A stretch of 64,000 nucleotides of DNA, from positions 17,419 through 81,418 of IMG/VR virus record IMGVR_UViG_3300044684_000361; one strand, 5' to 3'. The stretch comes from a virus. The translations under genes were made by a program, and so were the position numbers. Shown here in pieces: positions 8,029-18,804 of this stretch (positions are counted from its first letter, which is position 1; each line of letters starts with the position of its first letter). The notes under the pieces were generated by a model, which worked only from the letters and a program-made list of their open reading frames with translations, searched no databases and was not told the origin of the DNA.

Positions 8029-9491
8029 CGCACAGGCTCAAAGCTCTTTCCATCTGGGGCTACATAGGCCATGTTGCCTTTAGCATCCTTGTGCAGCGCC
8101 CAGCCCTCGGCATTGGTCAAAGGCGGGGTGGCATGCTGGCCGCCCAGGACCTTATTGGTGATCGGGTTGTCAGTCACCTGGGACATCAGGAGCTTCTCGA
8201 AGGGCCCGTAGTGTTTGTCCAGTTCCGCTGACTCGTACTGGTGTTTCAAGCCGCCCAGCTGGCCTGCCAGGAGCTTCTGTTCGGTATCGATGGCCCCACT
8301 CATGACGGCGGGGCTGTTCATGTTGGGGACGTGCTTGGCCGCCTCCACACGATCGGTCACGCCCCCGCTTCGGGCCACGATCGCATTGATCAACTCATCC
8401 TGAACGATCTGCTTGGCGGTATCGAAGTTGGTCGGGGCGGGATTGCCGGTCTCAGCGGCCCACCACTGGCCGACTTGGTTCACGCGCTTCATATCGCCAT
8501 TGTTCAAGGCATCCGACAGCTCACGCAGGGTGTCCAAGTGCGACATCGCAACGTTCATGGAGCGCACCTTGGACCCTGGGCTATTCTGTGCCCCGCTGAA
8601 CCATTCCTTGGCGGCTGACTGGATGGTGGGATATTTCGTGGCCTGGTAGTCCGGATTGATCTCCATCACCCGGCCATTCAAGGCAAGACCCATCGGGGAG
8701 CGGGCAACCATGCCACTGGGAGGGGGCATCTGATAGTGCGCAATCGCCTCGGCCTGCTTCTCCAAGCCTCCCGAGGCATCCATCGCTTCCAACTGGGCCT
8801 GCAGTTTGCTCTTGGCGACAGCCCCGGCCTCCTGGGCCTTCTCATTGATCAGTGCCTGGTTTGGCGTGGCCTGACCATTGACATTGACTTGTACGGGCTT
8901 GTTCTGCGCGGCCATGATAGCGCTCTGCATGGCGGTATCGCGCCCCAGGGCCGCATTCATCGCGGTGGAGGCATTGCCCGAGAGCTGCTGCCCGCGTTGG
9001 ATCATGTTCTGGGCGAGTTGGGCTTGCAGCTGATGCGCCATCATGCCGGCCTGGGCCGCATCGATGCCGTACTTCGCCATGAGTTGCTGCTTCATCAGCT
9101 CCCCCTGGCGTTGCTCCTGTAGGTTCTGAGCCGCTGCCTGGCCTGCAGCAGCCCCTACTCCTGCCATCCCCTGGAGAGAGGGCTTCTCGCCCGCCATGGC
9201 GCTCATGACCCGTAGCGCCTGCTCCTTGGGGCCTGGAGAGTACTGCAAGCTTCCCAGGCGCTCCTGGGTCTTAAGCAGCAGGTCTTTCAACGCGGAATAG
9301 TCCGCGCCTTGCTCGTTGTACGCCTTGGTAGCTTGTTCATATCCCTGATTGGCAATGCCTTGCCCCTGCTCCATCCGTTGCCGCTGCAGCTCATAGCTCT
9401 GATTCGCCGCCTGCATCAGCGGCAGAAGGTTGGTGCGGGTATCAGCCGTCGCCTGAAGTGGACTGTAGCCCGGATCGGTTATGTCAACCAT
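8025..9491 (-). CDS. putative internal virion/DNA ejection protein
   Basis: 488 aa, Ala/Gln/Met-rich coiled coil; position. Confidence 0.6.
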   Translation of the reverse strand: MVDITDPGYSPLQATADTRTNLLPLMQAANQSYELQRQRMEQGQGIANQGYEQATKAYNEQGADYSALKDLLLKTQERLGSLQYSPGPKEQALRVMSAMAGEKPSLQGMAGVGAAAGQAAAQNLQEQRQGELMKQQLMAKYGIDAAQAGMMAHQLQAQLAQNMIQRGQQLSGNASTAMNAALGRDTAMQSAIMAAQNKPVQVNVNGQATPNQALINEKAQEAGAVAKSKLQAQLEAMDASGGLEKQAEAIAHYQMPPPSGMVARSPMGLALNGRVMEINPDYQATKYPTIQSAAKEWFSGAQNSPGSKVRSMNVAMSHLDTLRELSDALNNGDMKRVNQVGQWWAAETGNPAPTNFDTAKQIVQDELINAIVARSGGVTDRVEAAKHVPNMNSPAVMSGAIDTEQKLLAGQLGGLKHQYESAELDKHYGPFEKLLMSQVTDNPITNKVLGGQHATPPLTNAEGWALHKDAKGNMAYVAPDGKSFEPVR

Positions 9492-10980
9492 AGCTGGCCG
9501 CCAGTGGCGAGTAGGTGCGCCTGGGGAGTGTCAGGGTCTTGCGGGGCTGGCCACCCCGAGCGGCCGGATAGGGCGCAACGCGGGTGCCATAGGGGATGAC
9601 GCCTTGGATGCCCCGCCAGCCAGGCAGATAGGAAGGGCCGCCGCTTGCCATCTTGATATGGCCGCCCTTCTTGGCGCCGCCGAAGATGTTACCGAGGTTG
9701 CCGATGATGCTCCCCAGCTGCTGGCCCGAGACCGCGCCCCCAACGAGGTTCTGGAGGCCGCTGGAGGATTGGGCATAGGGCGAGTAGTTGTAGTTCGTCA
9801 CTCCATAGGGAACTTGGATGCCCTGCAAGGCCCCTTGCATGGCCTGGGAAGCGGCCAGCGGGAAGTTCGCCTGCTGTTGGAACTGCTGGTAGGGGACGTT
9901 GTAGTTCGCCTGGGTCTGAGCCTGCTGTTGCTGGCCCATCTGATTCTGCAGCGTCGCCTGGTTCAGGGTGTTGTTGAGCGCCGTGGTGCCGAGATTGCCA
10001 AGAGTATTCGCTCCAGCCAGTTGAGTCCCCACCCCGGCGTTCTGGAGGTTACCCGCGCCCAGGCCCAGGTTGCCGTAGAGGCCCGCTCCCGATAGGCCAG
10101 TTTGTTGGGCCGCGTTTTGAAGTCCGCCAGCAGTGGACCCCAGCCCCGCCGTAAGACCAGCCCCGTAAAGCCCCGTGCCTTGAGCTGCATTAGCCGCGTT
10201 AGCGGCAGTGCCAGCCAGGCCTGCGAGAGCCTGCTGTTGGGCCTCGGCCCCTCCCAGGGCGGTATTAAAGCCACTAGCCAGGAGGGAAGAGTTCGCCATC
10301 TGCTCATTCAAGTTCTCCGCAGCTCCGAGTTTCTGAGCATACTCACCCTGACGGGTGCTGCCCAACACCTGGCCGGCTTGCGTGAACTGATCCTGTAGAG
10401 CAGGCAGCACGTTTTGATTGAAGTTCTGCGCCGAGAGTTGGTCGGTCGCATTCACCACATCCTTCATGTAAGGGTTCATGAACTGCCCCATCTGAGAGGA
10501 GATGGGAGCTGCTGCCCCTTGAAGATATGGATTCGCCGCCTGCATGGCATTGGGTTGCCCCAATGCGCTTTGGATACCGCTTTGTGCCGACTGCAGGTAA
10601 GGATTGGCCGCCTGAAGCGCATTCGGCTGACCAAGAGCGCTTCCTGCCGTATTGCTCGCGGCTGACAGAAAAGGGTTCGCGGCCTGGAGCGGGGACTGCT
10701 GCCCCAGCGCATTGGTCGCAATGTTCGCTCCCTGCAGCGCCTGGTTCGTTCCCAGGCCCTGGGCCCCCTGCACTGTCTGATAGGACTGTTGTTGGTCGCC
10801 TGAGAGGGGCGCAACCTGGGGGCCTCCGTAGATCTGCGGACCTTGGTTCGCCCACTGAGCCGCATTCTGGAGGATGCCCTGGGTGTAATCCGTATACCAC
10901 TGAGGAAGAGTGGTCGAGGATTGGTTCAGCGTCTGCTGATACTGCATCGGCTGCTGCGAAAGAAATGACGTCAAACTCAC
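9484..10980 (-). CDS. putative internal virion/pilot protein
   Basis: 498 aa Gly/Ala/Gln-rich with ALGQPNALQAANPYL-type tandem repeats. Confidence 0.65.
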   Translation of the reverse strand: MSLTSFLSQQPMQYQQTLNQSSTTLPQWYTDYTQGILQNAAQWANQGPQIYGGPQVAPLSGDQQQSYQTVQGAQGLGTNQALQGANIATNALGQQSPLQAANPFLSAASNTAGSALGQPNALQAANPYLQSAQSGIQSALGQPNAMQAANPYLQGAAAPISSQMGQFMNPYMKDVVNATDQLSAQNFNQNVLPALQDQFTQAGQVLGSTRQGEYAQKLGAAENLNEQMANSSLLASGFNTALGGAEAQQQALAGLAGTAANAANAAQGTGLYGAGLTAGLGSTAGGLQNAAQQTGLSGAGLYGNLGLGAGNLQNAGVGTQLAGANTLGNLGTTALNNTLNQATLQNQMGQQQQAQTQANYNVPYQQFQQQANFPLAASQAMQGALQGIQVPYGVTNYNYSPYAQSSSGLQNLVGGAVSGQQLGSIIGNLGNIFGGAKKGGHIKMASGGPSYLPGWRGIQGVIPYGTRVAPYPAARGGQPRKTLTLPRRTYSPLAASYG

Positions 10981-12851
10981 GGCTTGCCCCCGTTCGCATA
11001 GGCCAACGGATCTTTCTTTGCCTTCATGAATTGCTCACCCTTCACCAGCTTCTTGCCCGCATCCATCCGCAGCCGTCTGCGTAGCTCATCCAGCTTCTTG
11101 GCGCCCGCCTCATTCGATCCATTTCCCAAAAGGGCTACGTCCTGAGCTGTCATGACATATTCCCCATTCGACAGCTTGGCATCGATGTCATCTGAAGTGC
11201 CATCCCCGGGCCCCTGGATGTAGTTGGGGCCGCCTTTACTGGCTGGTGTCAGATGCGGATTCATCGAGGCCGCGAGCGGCCCTTGCTGATGGATGGCTCC
11301 GCCATGAGCCTGCAGCATTGGATGCACGATGGGCCCGGAGGAATTATTCCCCAGGAGAGCGATCAGCTGGCTCAGACTGGGAGAGGTCGTGCTCTGAGTT
11401 TGAGTGGGCGACTGGGCTCCATACTGTTGCATGGGCGAGGATTGAGAGGCAGGTGCGGTAGGGCCTCCCGAGTTGTTCGAGAAGAATTGGTACGGCGTAT
11501 GCGCTTGCTCACCCGCATGGGCATAGTCGATTGTCGGACTCAAACGGGTCCTGGGATCGGAGGTAAAGTTGCCGTACATATTCGAGGCCGAAGGGCCCGA
11601 TCCTTGGAACATCGGCGGTGGAGTTGGCTTGTAATTGGCCAGCATCTGCTGCTGCCCGTTATTGCTGCCCAGGGCGCCGGCAAGCCCAACCCCGCCTCCC
11701 AGGAGCGCTCCCAGGAGAGAAGGATTGCTGAGAAGGCTACTCAAGGCCCCGGAGAGGCCGCTGCCATTGATCCCAGGGATATGGCTCGGGGTCTGCAGGC
11801 TTTGCAGAGCCGGAGACCCGGCCTGTAGAAGATTGTCCCCGTAGGGCTTCACGTTCTCGTTGACATTGAACGAGTTGCCGTTCAGGTCATAGCCCGTGCT
11901 CGGCATATTGTTCTGCAAGGCCTGCTGCAGAGACTGCTGGCTGTCGTTGGGCAGCACAAACTGCTGCATGTCCGGGGTGTTTTGTGAGATCGAGCTGCCC
12001 TCGTTCAACCAACCCGGCGAGGTGTAGTAATTGACATACCCACCACCGTCGAAATGCGGGGTTGCTGCCCGCTCCGAGAACATCGGGCCATTCAGGATAT
12101 CTGCCAGGGAGTGCGTCACCGTTCCACCTTTCGCCATATGGCCATGAGGCCTTACGTTGGACATCCCATGCTGACCCAGAGCCGTGTTGAGTTGCTCGTA
12201 GGATATATCATGGAGCGCAGGGGTCATTTGCTGGATACCCAACGCCTTTAACATGCCAGTTTCCGCAGGGTCCCCTGAATTGCTCGCCTCTCCAACAGCC
12301 CCCCAGTAGTTCGCTTCCCGCTGCAGGTCCTGTGGCGTTGCGTTGTAGCTGTGATTCGCGGCCGGTCCCGGACCATTGACCAATGACTTGGCCATGTTCT
12401 GGTAGTAGCTCGGTTTCAAGACATAGGCCGGGGTCTGCGCATCCATATAGGCAGACAAGGCCATCCCGATAATCGGAGCATACTGAGAGACCGCCGAGGC
12501 CAGTTGGGCAGCCCCGGTCACTCCCGCCTGGGACGCCGCCTGGGACGCCAACTGCGTGGCGGCCAGGGCCGCCTGCGTGTCCCCGGCCACACCTCCGCGT
12601 TGGATTCCTCCATACACACCGAGGCCAGCTCCGAGATCCCCGCCAAACTGAGAGGCTTCCGGGGAGCCGCTGATATTTCCATAGAGTTTCGCCGCGTTAG
12701 CGGCAGCTCCGAGATCGCCTTGCAGGTTGCCCTGACTCAGACCCCCATAGATCCCCAGGCCCAGATTCGCGTCTGTGGCGCCCTGCCCTGCGGCCCCATC
12801 CAGGGAGCTGGCGGGGCGTAGGAAGCTTTGAAGTTGCCCTGGATTGATCAT
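10977..12851 (-). CDS. putative internal virion protein
   Basis: 624 aa; C-terminal GPGDGTSDDIDAKLSNGEYVMTA motif typical of ejection/tape-measure-associated proteins. Confidence 0.65.
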   Translation of the reverse strand: MINPGQLQSFLRPASSLDGAAGQGATDANLGLGIYGGLSQGNLQGDLGAAANAAKLYGNISGSPEASQFGGDLGAGLGVYGGIQRGGVAGDTQAALAATQLASQAASQAGVTGAAQLASAVSQYAPIIGMALSAYMDAQTPAYVLKPSYYQNMAKSLVNGPGPAANHSYNATPQDLQREANYWGAVGEASNSGDPAETGMLKALGIQQMTPALHDISYEQLNTALGQHGMSNVRPHGHMAKGGTVTHSLADILNGPMFSERAATPHFDGGGYVNYYTSPGWLNEGSSISQNTPDMQQFVLPNDSQQSLQQALQNNMPSTGYDLNGNSFNVNENVKPYGDNLLQAGSPALQSLQTPSHIPGINGSGLSGALSSLLSNPSLLGALLGGGVGLAGALGSNNGQQQMLANYKPTPPPMFQGSGPSASNMYGNFTSDPRTRLSPTIDYAHAGEQAHTPYQFFSNNSGGPTAPASQSSPMQQYGAQSPTQTQSTTSPSLSQLIALLGNNSSGPIVHPMLQAHGGAIHQQGPLAASMNPHLTPASKGGPNYIQGPGDGTSDDIDAKLSNGEYVMTAQDVALLGNGSNEAGAKKLDELRRRLRMDAGKKLVKGEQFMKAKKDPLAYANGGKP

Positions 12852-14395
12852 AGGCGCCTCGCCGTATCCACATCGACGTAGAGCACGTTGCGACCCGCCT
12901 GATAGTTACCCCCCTGGGCATTACTCACGAACTGCAACTTCATCTGCCGCGCACTTGCACGGGTGGGCACGATGGTGGAGAACTCCCCCGCCGCCGTTGT
13001 CGGCGGCGATGCAGAAATTGTCTGAGAGCTGACGGTAGTGTAGGGACGCTTGGAGTTCGCCCGAGTCAGTATGTTAACCGTCATATCCCCCGCCTGGATG
13101 AAATCCGGCTCCAGGGAGTCAAGGTGGAGCGTCTTATCCAGAGGTTGCTGGAAGGTCGTGGGCGAGATCACTCCGGTCGTGAAGGAGCTGTTGATCGCAG
13201 AGGTGGTCGCCCCATCGATCTGGTCTGTCCCAACCTCGTGTTGCCAGAGCCGATAGGTGGTGTTGTTGTAAAGATCCACTCCGGTCATCAGCAACCCCGC
13301 CGAGCTGATCTCGTTAAAGACCGCCGCCGAGCGGCCAGAATTCGGCAATGGGGTGTCATACCAGGTATTTTCACGATGGTTATAGATGACCGCCCAGTTG
13401 CATTCTGTGGCGCCAAAGAGCGGCGCACAGAACCAGATCTCCCCCCAGCGGGTATTGCGCACCGCGAAGGCCTTCTGGGAGTACTTTCGATTGAGATTGT
13501 CGAAAAAGAAGTTGATATTCCGTGGATTGGCAACTTCTTGGAGCACGCCGTTGTAGGTCAGGAACCGATCCTGACCGATCCAGAAGAATACCCCCTCCAC
13601 TTCCACCACCGACTGGTAGGAGAGGATCGAGGAGTTATCCGTCAGTATGTCAAACGAAAATACCGGCGCCCCGCCAACAAAATACATCCTGATGACGGAG
13701 TCGATGGACCATAGTAATGCGGATGGGGAGAAGCCGCCGCCGCCGCGCAAAGGCATCGCCTTCACAATCTTCTGATCGGTTACCCGAGCCGCGCCTGATC
13801 CTGCATCCACAAAGTCCAGAGGTTTGTTCGCGACCGACCATTGCACGAGCCCATTGGAGCCGTAGACGAGCGTATAGGGCGGGATGACCAGCACCCCACC
13901 GGTTGCATCAGTGGCAAGCCCCGAGACCGAGGTCAGGGCTGCCGTGGTGTAGATCGGCCCTGCATAGAGGTTCCCGGTAGTAGCCCCATAGGCGATATCC
14001 GCAAGCCCAGGGATCACAAAGGCCAGCACCTGCTGCGTGCTGGAGTTGATGTCGTAATAGGAGGTGATCTGCCAGATGTTATTGGCGTTCGATGTGAAGC
14101 CTCCCGGCGTTCGGTTCGCCGGTACCGAGGTGTTCCCATTCTGGTCGATCGTGTACAGCTCGATGCCACCCGCGTATCCGGAATGGATGTAGGACTGACC
14201 GCTCAACGTCTGCGAGTGTAAGCCTCGGGATATTCCCGTCATGCTTTGCGAGAGTGTCTGATAGCCGCCCATCTTCCTGGGCAGGCCTCTCTGGAACCGC
14301 ATCCACACGCCATCCGTGTAGGCCTTATGACTCAACTCCGGACCATCGCGCTGGATGGCAGGCTCGAAGATGAGCGGAAAGGGCTGCGTCGCCAT
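12848..14395 (-). CDS. putative tail tubular/nozzle protein (P22 gp10-like position)
   Basis: 515 aa beta-rich, MRFQRGLPRKMGGY, EIWFCAP, YNHRENTWY. Confidence 0.65.
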   Translation of the reverse strand: MATQPFPLIFEPAIQRDGPELSHKAYTDGVWMRFQRGLPRKMGGYQTLSQSMTGISRGLHSQTLSGQSYIHSGYAGGIELYTIDQNGNTSVPANRTPGGFTSNANNIWQITSYYDINSSTQQVLAFVIPGLADIAYGATTGNLYAGPIYTTAALTSVSGLATDATGGVLVIPPYTLVYGSNGLVQWSVANKPLDFVDAGSGAARVTDQKIVKAMPLRGGGGFSPSALLWSIDSVIRMYFVGGAPVFSFDILTDNSSILSYQSVVEVEGVFFWIGQDRFLTYNGVLQEVANPRNINFFFDNLNRKYSQKAFAVRNTRWGEIWFCAPLFGATECNWAVIYNHRENTWYDTPLPNSGRSAAVFNEISSAGLLMTGVDLYNNTTYRLWQHEVGTDQIDGATTSAINSSFTTGVISPTTFQQPLDKTLHLDSLEPDFIQAGDMTVNILTRANSKRPYTTVSSQTISASPPTTAAGEFSTIVPTRASARQMKLQFVSNAQGGNYQAGRNVLYVDVDTARRL

Positions 14396-15630
14396 CAGAA
14401 GATGATCCCCCAGATCGTGGAATCCTCGGACGACAGGACGCCCAAGGCGCTTTGGGCCGCTGCCTGATTGGCGGCAGTGAAGACCGCTACGCCAACCGTC
14501 GTGCCGCCCAGATTGGTGAGCGCATTACTTGGGGTGGTCGCGCCGGTTCCTCCCTGGGAGACCGCCAGCGGAATACCGATACCAGCGGTGGCCGCATTCA
14601 CAACGTTGGTGCCGTCGCAGTAAAGGATGAACCGGGCGGCGGAGGTGATCGTAAACTGGGTACTCCCACTGATCTGGGCGCTGGTGCCAATCCCGAGCGT
14701 CCCGCCGCTGGTCTGGTTATCGACCCAATACTGCTGTACCGTGGTAGGGACCTGAATGTTGGTGTTCCCCGCCAAAGCCCCCGTGAATCGATAGGCGACC
14801 TTGTTCTGCAGGTTCGAGGGCAGCACGTAGGTCCCGCTTTGCCCTGCGAGATTCACCACTTGGAAGTTGAAGATATTGGTGTTGATCGATCCCAAGCCGA
14901 TCGTCCACCAGCCCGTTCCATCCGTGACCAGAAAGCATGAGTCATTGACATTCATCGAAAGGCTATTCGCCCCATTGATGAGATCAGACCCGTTAGGGGC
15001 AATGGTAAGGGTGCCGGAGCCAGAATTACGGACTTGGATGTAGAAGTTCGACCCCACCGCGAGAGCGGCCGGAAGCGTGATCGTGCCGGCGCCGCCCACC
15101 CAGTTGAGGAGGTTATCCCGATCATTGACGCCCACCGTGTAAGCGGCATTGAGCGTCGTAACGGCCATCACCTGCTGCAGGAAGGGACCGTTCGCACTCA
15201 ATCCCGCCCCAGCCAAGGCCGCCGCATTGGCGGCCGAAGTTCCGGCACCAAACTGGAACGTGAGCCACGTCCCATTGGCAGTGAGATTGTTGGTGAGCGC
15301 GAAGTAGATCGCAGCGCCTGGGTTGATGCTGGCAATCGTATTGCCCAGGTTATCGGCCACTGTGAAAGCAGTCGATCCGGAATTGAAGACTAGAGCCTTC
15401 TCACCCAGCGAAGTATTCGTGGCGGCCGGCATCTGCAGCGTGCAGCCCGTGCCCAGCGGCGTGATATTCATCAGCTCCGCGAGCACATTCGAGTTGGCCG
15501 GGAAGTTATCCGTAGCCCACTGCAATTGCGTGGTGGTCCCTGCGATCAGGGAGTACGCCGTAAAGGTTGTCGGGCTCGGAAGAATCGTGAGCCCGTTCGT
15601 CAGTGGTGAACCATAGCCTTGCCCAGCCAT
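14395..15630 (-). CDS. tail-associated structural protein
   Basis: 411 aa Thr/Gly/Asn-rich, LAVSQGGTGATT motif, fibre-like repeats. Confidence 0.65.
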   Translation of the reverse strand: MAGQGYGSPLTNGLTILPSPTTFTAYSLIAGTTTQLQWATDNFPANSNVLAELMNITPLGTGCTLQMPAATNTSLGEKALVFNSGSTAFTVADNLGNTIASINPGAAIYFALTNNLTANGTWLTFQFGAGTSAANAAALAGAGLSANGPFLQQVMAVTTLNAAYTVGVNDRDNLLNWVGGAGTITLPAALAVGSNFYIQVRNSGSGTLTIAPNGSDLINGANSLSMNVNDSCFLVTDGTGWWTIGLGSINTNIFNFQVVNLAGQSGTYVLPSNLQNKVAYRFTGALAGNTNIQVPTTVQQYWVDNQTSGGTLGIGTSAQISGSTQFTITSAARFILYCDGTNVVNAATAGIGIPLAVSQGGTGATTPSNALTNLGGTTVGVAVFTAANQAAAQSALGVLSSEDSTIWGIIF

Positions 15631-16311
15631 TTACGGAGGCCCTCCAGTGGATACGCTTTGCCGTGTCTCAGTGGCGCGACCCACGAGATCCTGAATGTCT
15701 TCATTTGAGAGAGCCTTCATGCCCTCATTGAAGAGGCCCTCCCAGACCGGTATACGCTCATCGTTCTTCAGAAACGGAGCGCATTCAAGCAGGCTCGAAT
15801 ACAACAGAACCTCCGGGGCATAGATGCTGATCCAATTCTGCTGGTTCGCATTATCAAGGAGCGCTGGCATCTCCCAGAACATCACCTCGAATGGATAGTT
15901 CTGATCTGGAGTGGGAGCAATCACCCAGTTGTTGTAATCATAATCAGCGAAGTAAAGCGGCGCGCCAGTCACCGAGTCATCCGGCCAGTGGCGACGAATG
16001 AACTCATATGACCGATTGAACATGGGCGTGCGCCTGGTGTACTGCCCCGTCTTCGGATTGAACCGGCCGAAGTTGAAGGAGATGGTCTCACGCCATCGAT
16101 CAGGCTTTGGCATGAGAGGCGTGCCGGCCGTGAAGTTGTTCGTAAGCGGCCTTTGGAATCCCAGGATCTTGACGCCACGGGAGATCCGTCGCTCAGCATT
16201 GTTGATGAGCTTCGGCAGCTGCTGGTAGACGATGGGGTCAGATACCTGACCGCGCTCCAGATAGTTCCGGATGTCTGCCTGCAGAGAATTGAATGTCATC
16301 CCGTCCGGCAT
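15631..16311 (-). CDS. putative head-tail adaptor protein
   Basis: LINNAERRI, IAPTPDQNY, APEVLLYSSLLECAPFLKNDERI. Confidence 0.65.
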   Translation of the reverse strand: MPDGMTFNSLQADIRNYLERGQVSDPIVYQQLPKLINNAERRISRGVKILGFQRPLTNNFTAGTPLMPKPDRWRETISFNFGRFNPKTGQYTRRTPMFNRSYEFIRRHWPDDSVTGAPLYFADYDYNNWVIAPTPDQNYPFEVMFWEMPALLDNANQQNWISIYAPEVLLYSSLLECAPFLKNDERIPVWEGLFNEGMKALSNEDIQDLVGRATETRQSVSTGGPP

Positions 16312-16314
16312 GGG

Positions 16315-16476
16315 TTACTCAGGCTTCTTGGCCTGTTCCTCCACCTGTTTGAGGATCGCTCCCTCCACAGGGCCGGCGATTTTATGAGGCAACTCGCCAA
16401 GACCGGTGACGAGAACTTGCAGCTCAAGCCCGGTCACGGCGAGCATGAATTTATCTTCTGGTTTGACTTCAATCAT
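16315..16476 (-). CDS. small hypothetical protein (not in ORF track)
   Basis: MIEVKPEDKF...LGELPHK...EQAKKPE, 53 aa, fills the gap with ATGA overlap. Confidence 0.55.
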   Translation of the reverse strand: MIEVKPEDKFMLAVTGLELQVLVTGLGELPHKIAGPVEGAILKQVEEQAKKPE

Positions 16477-16796
16477 GGTTGAACGTGTACTCCGATATCG
16501 TCTTTCACCTGATCGGCCAATTCTGCTGGCGGATCAAGAAGGAAATGGATGACCCTGGTGTGATCCTCCAGGGCCTGGATCTCATGCATGGCCGTGCCAT
16601 CGAAATCAAATATCTCGCCGGCCAGGAGGATGTGCCTCAGATCACCGGATTGGACACTGACAGAGCCCTTGAGCACGACGACGTTGTGACATAGCTCAGG
16701 CGTATGTTTATGAGAGGCAAGCGTGTCACCGGATGCATCAAACTCGTAACGCACCCCAACAAGCTTCCCGGAAACGTAATATGAGTAATGAATCAT
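16473..16796 (-). CDS. cupin-fold protein
   Basis: HKH..HNVVVLKGSV...HEIQALED cupin pattern. Confidence 0.7.
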   Translation of the reverse strand: MIHYSYYVSGKLVGVRYEFDASGDTLASHKHTPELCHNVVVLKGSVSVQSGDLRHILLAGEIFDFDGTAMHEIQALEDHTRVIHFLLDPPAELADQVKDDIGVHVQP

Positions 16797-17428
16797 GTAT
16801 ATGAAAAGATGATTCCGCCAGCAGCTCCAACACCAGAGGTTCCAGCGCCAATGCCTGCCCCCGCTCCGCCTGCGCCGTAGGGACCTCCATTGACGCCTGA
16901 AACAGCAGAGCCGCCATTACCGCCGCCTGATCCGGTGGTTCCTGAAGTGCCGGCCCCTCCCGTGGCATTAGCCGCATTGCCTCCCGAGGCTGTTCCGCCG
17001 CCTCCGCCGCCTCGGCCGTTGTTGTAAGCCTGGCCGCCCGAGCCGCCATTGCCTGTCAGCGTGGTGATGGACTTGGTCCCCGAGGAGACACTCGATCCAT
17101 TGCCATTGTTGCCGTTTGCTGTGGCGCCGCTTACTCCTGCAACCTGACCCCCCACGGAATAGTTCAGGGTCAGATTCCAGTCAGGACCAGCCAGGGAAAT
17201 AGAGGAGCGTGAGTAGCCTCCTGCGCCTCCGCCACCCCCTCCATTATTCGCGCAGAGGCTGCCTTGCCCGCCGCCACCAGAAGCCCCGCCACCCCAGACT
17301 TCGATCACGACGTTCTTCGCTCCTACCGGGATCGTGTCCGCTCCGGAACCGGAGGTATAAGTACGCTTGACCGGAGAGAAGGCCACGAACGGGAAAGCCC
17401 CCGCCAGGATGTTGAGGATGCCGGTCAT
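16793..17428 (-). CDS. glycine-rich tail fibre/adhesin tip protein
   Basis: IEVWGGGASGGGG..GGGGGAGGY..GGIIFSYT. Confidence 0.7.
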   Translation of the reverse strand: MTGILNILAGAFPFVAFSPVKRTYTSGSGADTIPVGAKNVVIEVWGGGASGGGGQGSLCANNGGGGGGAGGYSRSSISLAGPDWNLTLNYSVGGQVAGVSGATANGNNGNGSSVSSGTKSITTLTGNGGSGGQAYNNGRGGGGGGTASGGNAANATGGAGTSGTTGSGGGNGGSAVSGVNGGPYGAGGAGAGIGAGTSGVGAAGGIIFSYT

Positions 17429-18804
17429 GAGAGGCCGGCTCCTGTGATCAAACAGGCGTTGGTTGATTGGAACTGAATCGTGGCGATTCCGACGCTAGTT
17501 AAAGTCCGGCTGCCGTTTGTCGTGCCATTCCCAGCCCAGTACATTGTCATCCCGCCGCCCGGGGCGATCGTGTAGTTGTTCGTACTGTTGAGAGCTGTAA
17601 TGGTCACAACGTCTCCAGCGCTGAAGACGTTGGCGGGCACGGTGATGGTCGATCCAGCTACTCCGACCTGCTGGATTTCCTTGCCACGATCAGAGAGACC
17701 CAGCGTGTAGTTACCAGAAACTTGATTGACAGGAGTTCCGAGCCAGCCCAGGGTCCATGCGCTTCCGCCCGCATCTTGTGCCTGGACAGTGCCCTTGAAG
17801 AGGGACACGTTGGAGCTACTGATGTACAGCGCCTCCGTGCCAGCATTGATTACCAGGGCAAGTCCAGCCTGTCCACGGATCGCGATATCGCCAATCGTCC
17901 CCGATGACAGCGCATTCCGATCTCCTATATAACCAAACGATGTTCCATTGCGCTGGAATGCTATATACGGTGGGGCAGTGGAGCTGACAGCCAGTGCCTG
18001 TCCCTGGTTGCTGTTGATCTGCGTAATCGACGAGGTGATACTCAGTGGAGGATAGGTACCGTTATTGCCAATCCACGTTGAGCCATCACCAAAGATCCTG
18101 AAGAAGGAAATGGTAGCAGCCCGATTGAGAACGTAGAAAGCCGTATCACTTGCAGAGGTGCCAGCTTCAACAAGAAGCCCAAAAGAAGCAGATCCCGCGT
18201 TGGCTCCGCTGACAAAGGTGGTCCAGTTGCCTACTGGACCGTTTGCAGTGATCGGAATTCCGCCCCCTGGATTGAAGGTCCAAGGGCCATTTACCGATCC
18301 AGATCCAGTGCCGAGGAAATTGAAGGTTGGATTGTTGGTGGTATCGCCAAAGGAATATAGCGCGGCGCTCACCACCATCTGGGCACCACCGGTACCTCCA
18401 TTTGGGGCGAAAACGATAGACCCATTATCCGATGAGAGATAGATGTTCTGGTCGCGAGAGTCGGCGTCGCCAAGGTATCCAGTCCGGATGTTGTTCGAAT
18501 CACGGAAGGCCAGGTAAGCGATATTGGCCGAGCCTGCTGCCGCTCCTTTCAAAGAGACCAGTTCCCCGCCAGAAGGGCCCGTAACGGCAAGGGTCCGATT
18601 GGCAGCAACCAGACCATTGACCGTGACTGTCCCGGTGCCCAGAAAGTTGACCGGCAGGTTGTCGTTGGCATTGCCGAAGGTAAGCCCGTTTTCGGATGCC
18701 ACAATCAGTCCCTGGCCTGATACCCGATTCACCAGAGAGAAATTTCCGACCCAGCGAACTACCGGATTGCCCCCGGAAGCCGGGCCTTGGAATTTCATAC
18801 TCAT
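17425..18804 (-). CDS. tail fibre protein
   Basis: 459 aa beta-rich repeats (YLAFRDS..GYLGD / YIAFQRN..GYIGD), C-terminal YTLGLSDRGK..LITGAGLS domain. Confidence 0.7.
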   Translation of the reverse strand: MSMKFQGPASGGNPVVRWVGNFSLVNRVSGQGLIVASENGLTFGNANDNLPVNFLGTGTVTVNGLVAANRTLAVTGPSGGELVSLKGAAAGSANIAYLAFRDSNNIRTGYLGDADSRDQNIYLSSDNGSIVFAPNGGTGGAQMVVSAALYSFGDTTNNPTFNFLGTGSGSVNGPWTFNPGGGIPITANGPVGNWTTFVSGANAGSASFGLLVEAGTSASDTAFYVLNRAATISFFRIFGDGSTWIGNNGTYPPLSITSSITQINSNQGQALAVSSTAPPYIAFQRNGTSFGYIGDRNALSSGTIGDIAIRGQAGLALVINAGTEALYISSSNVSLFKGTVQAQDAGGSAWTLGWLGTPVNQVSGNYTLGLSDRGKEIQQVGVAGSTITVPANVFSAGDVVTITALNSTNNYTIAPGGGMTMYWAGNGTTNGSRTLTSVGIATIQFQSTNACLITGAGLS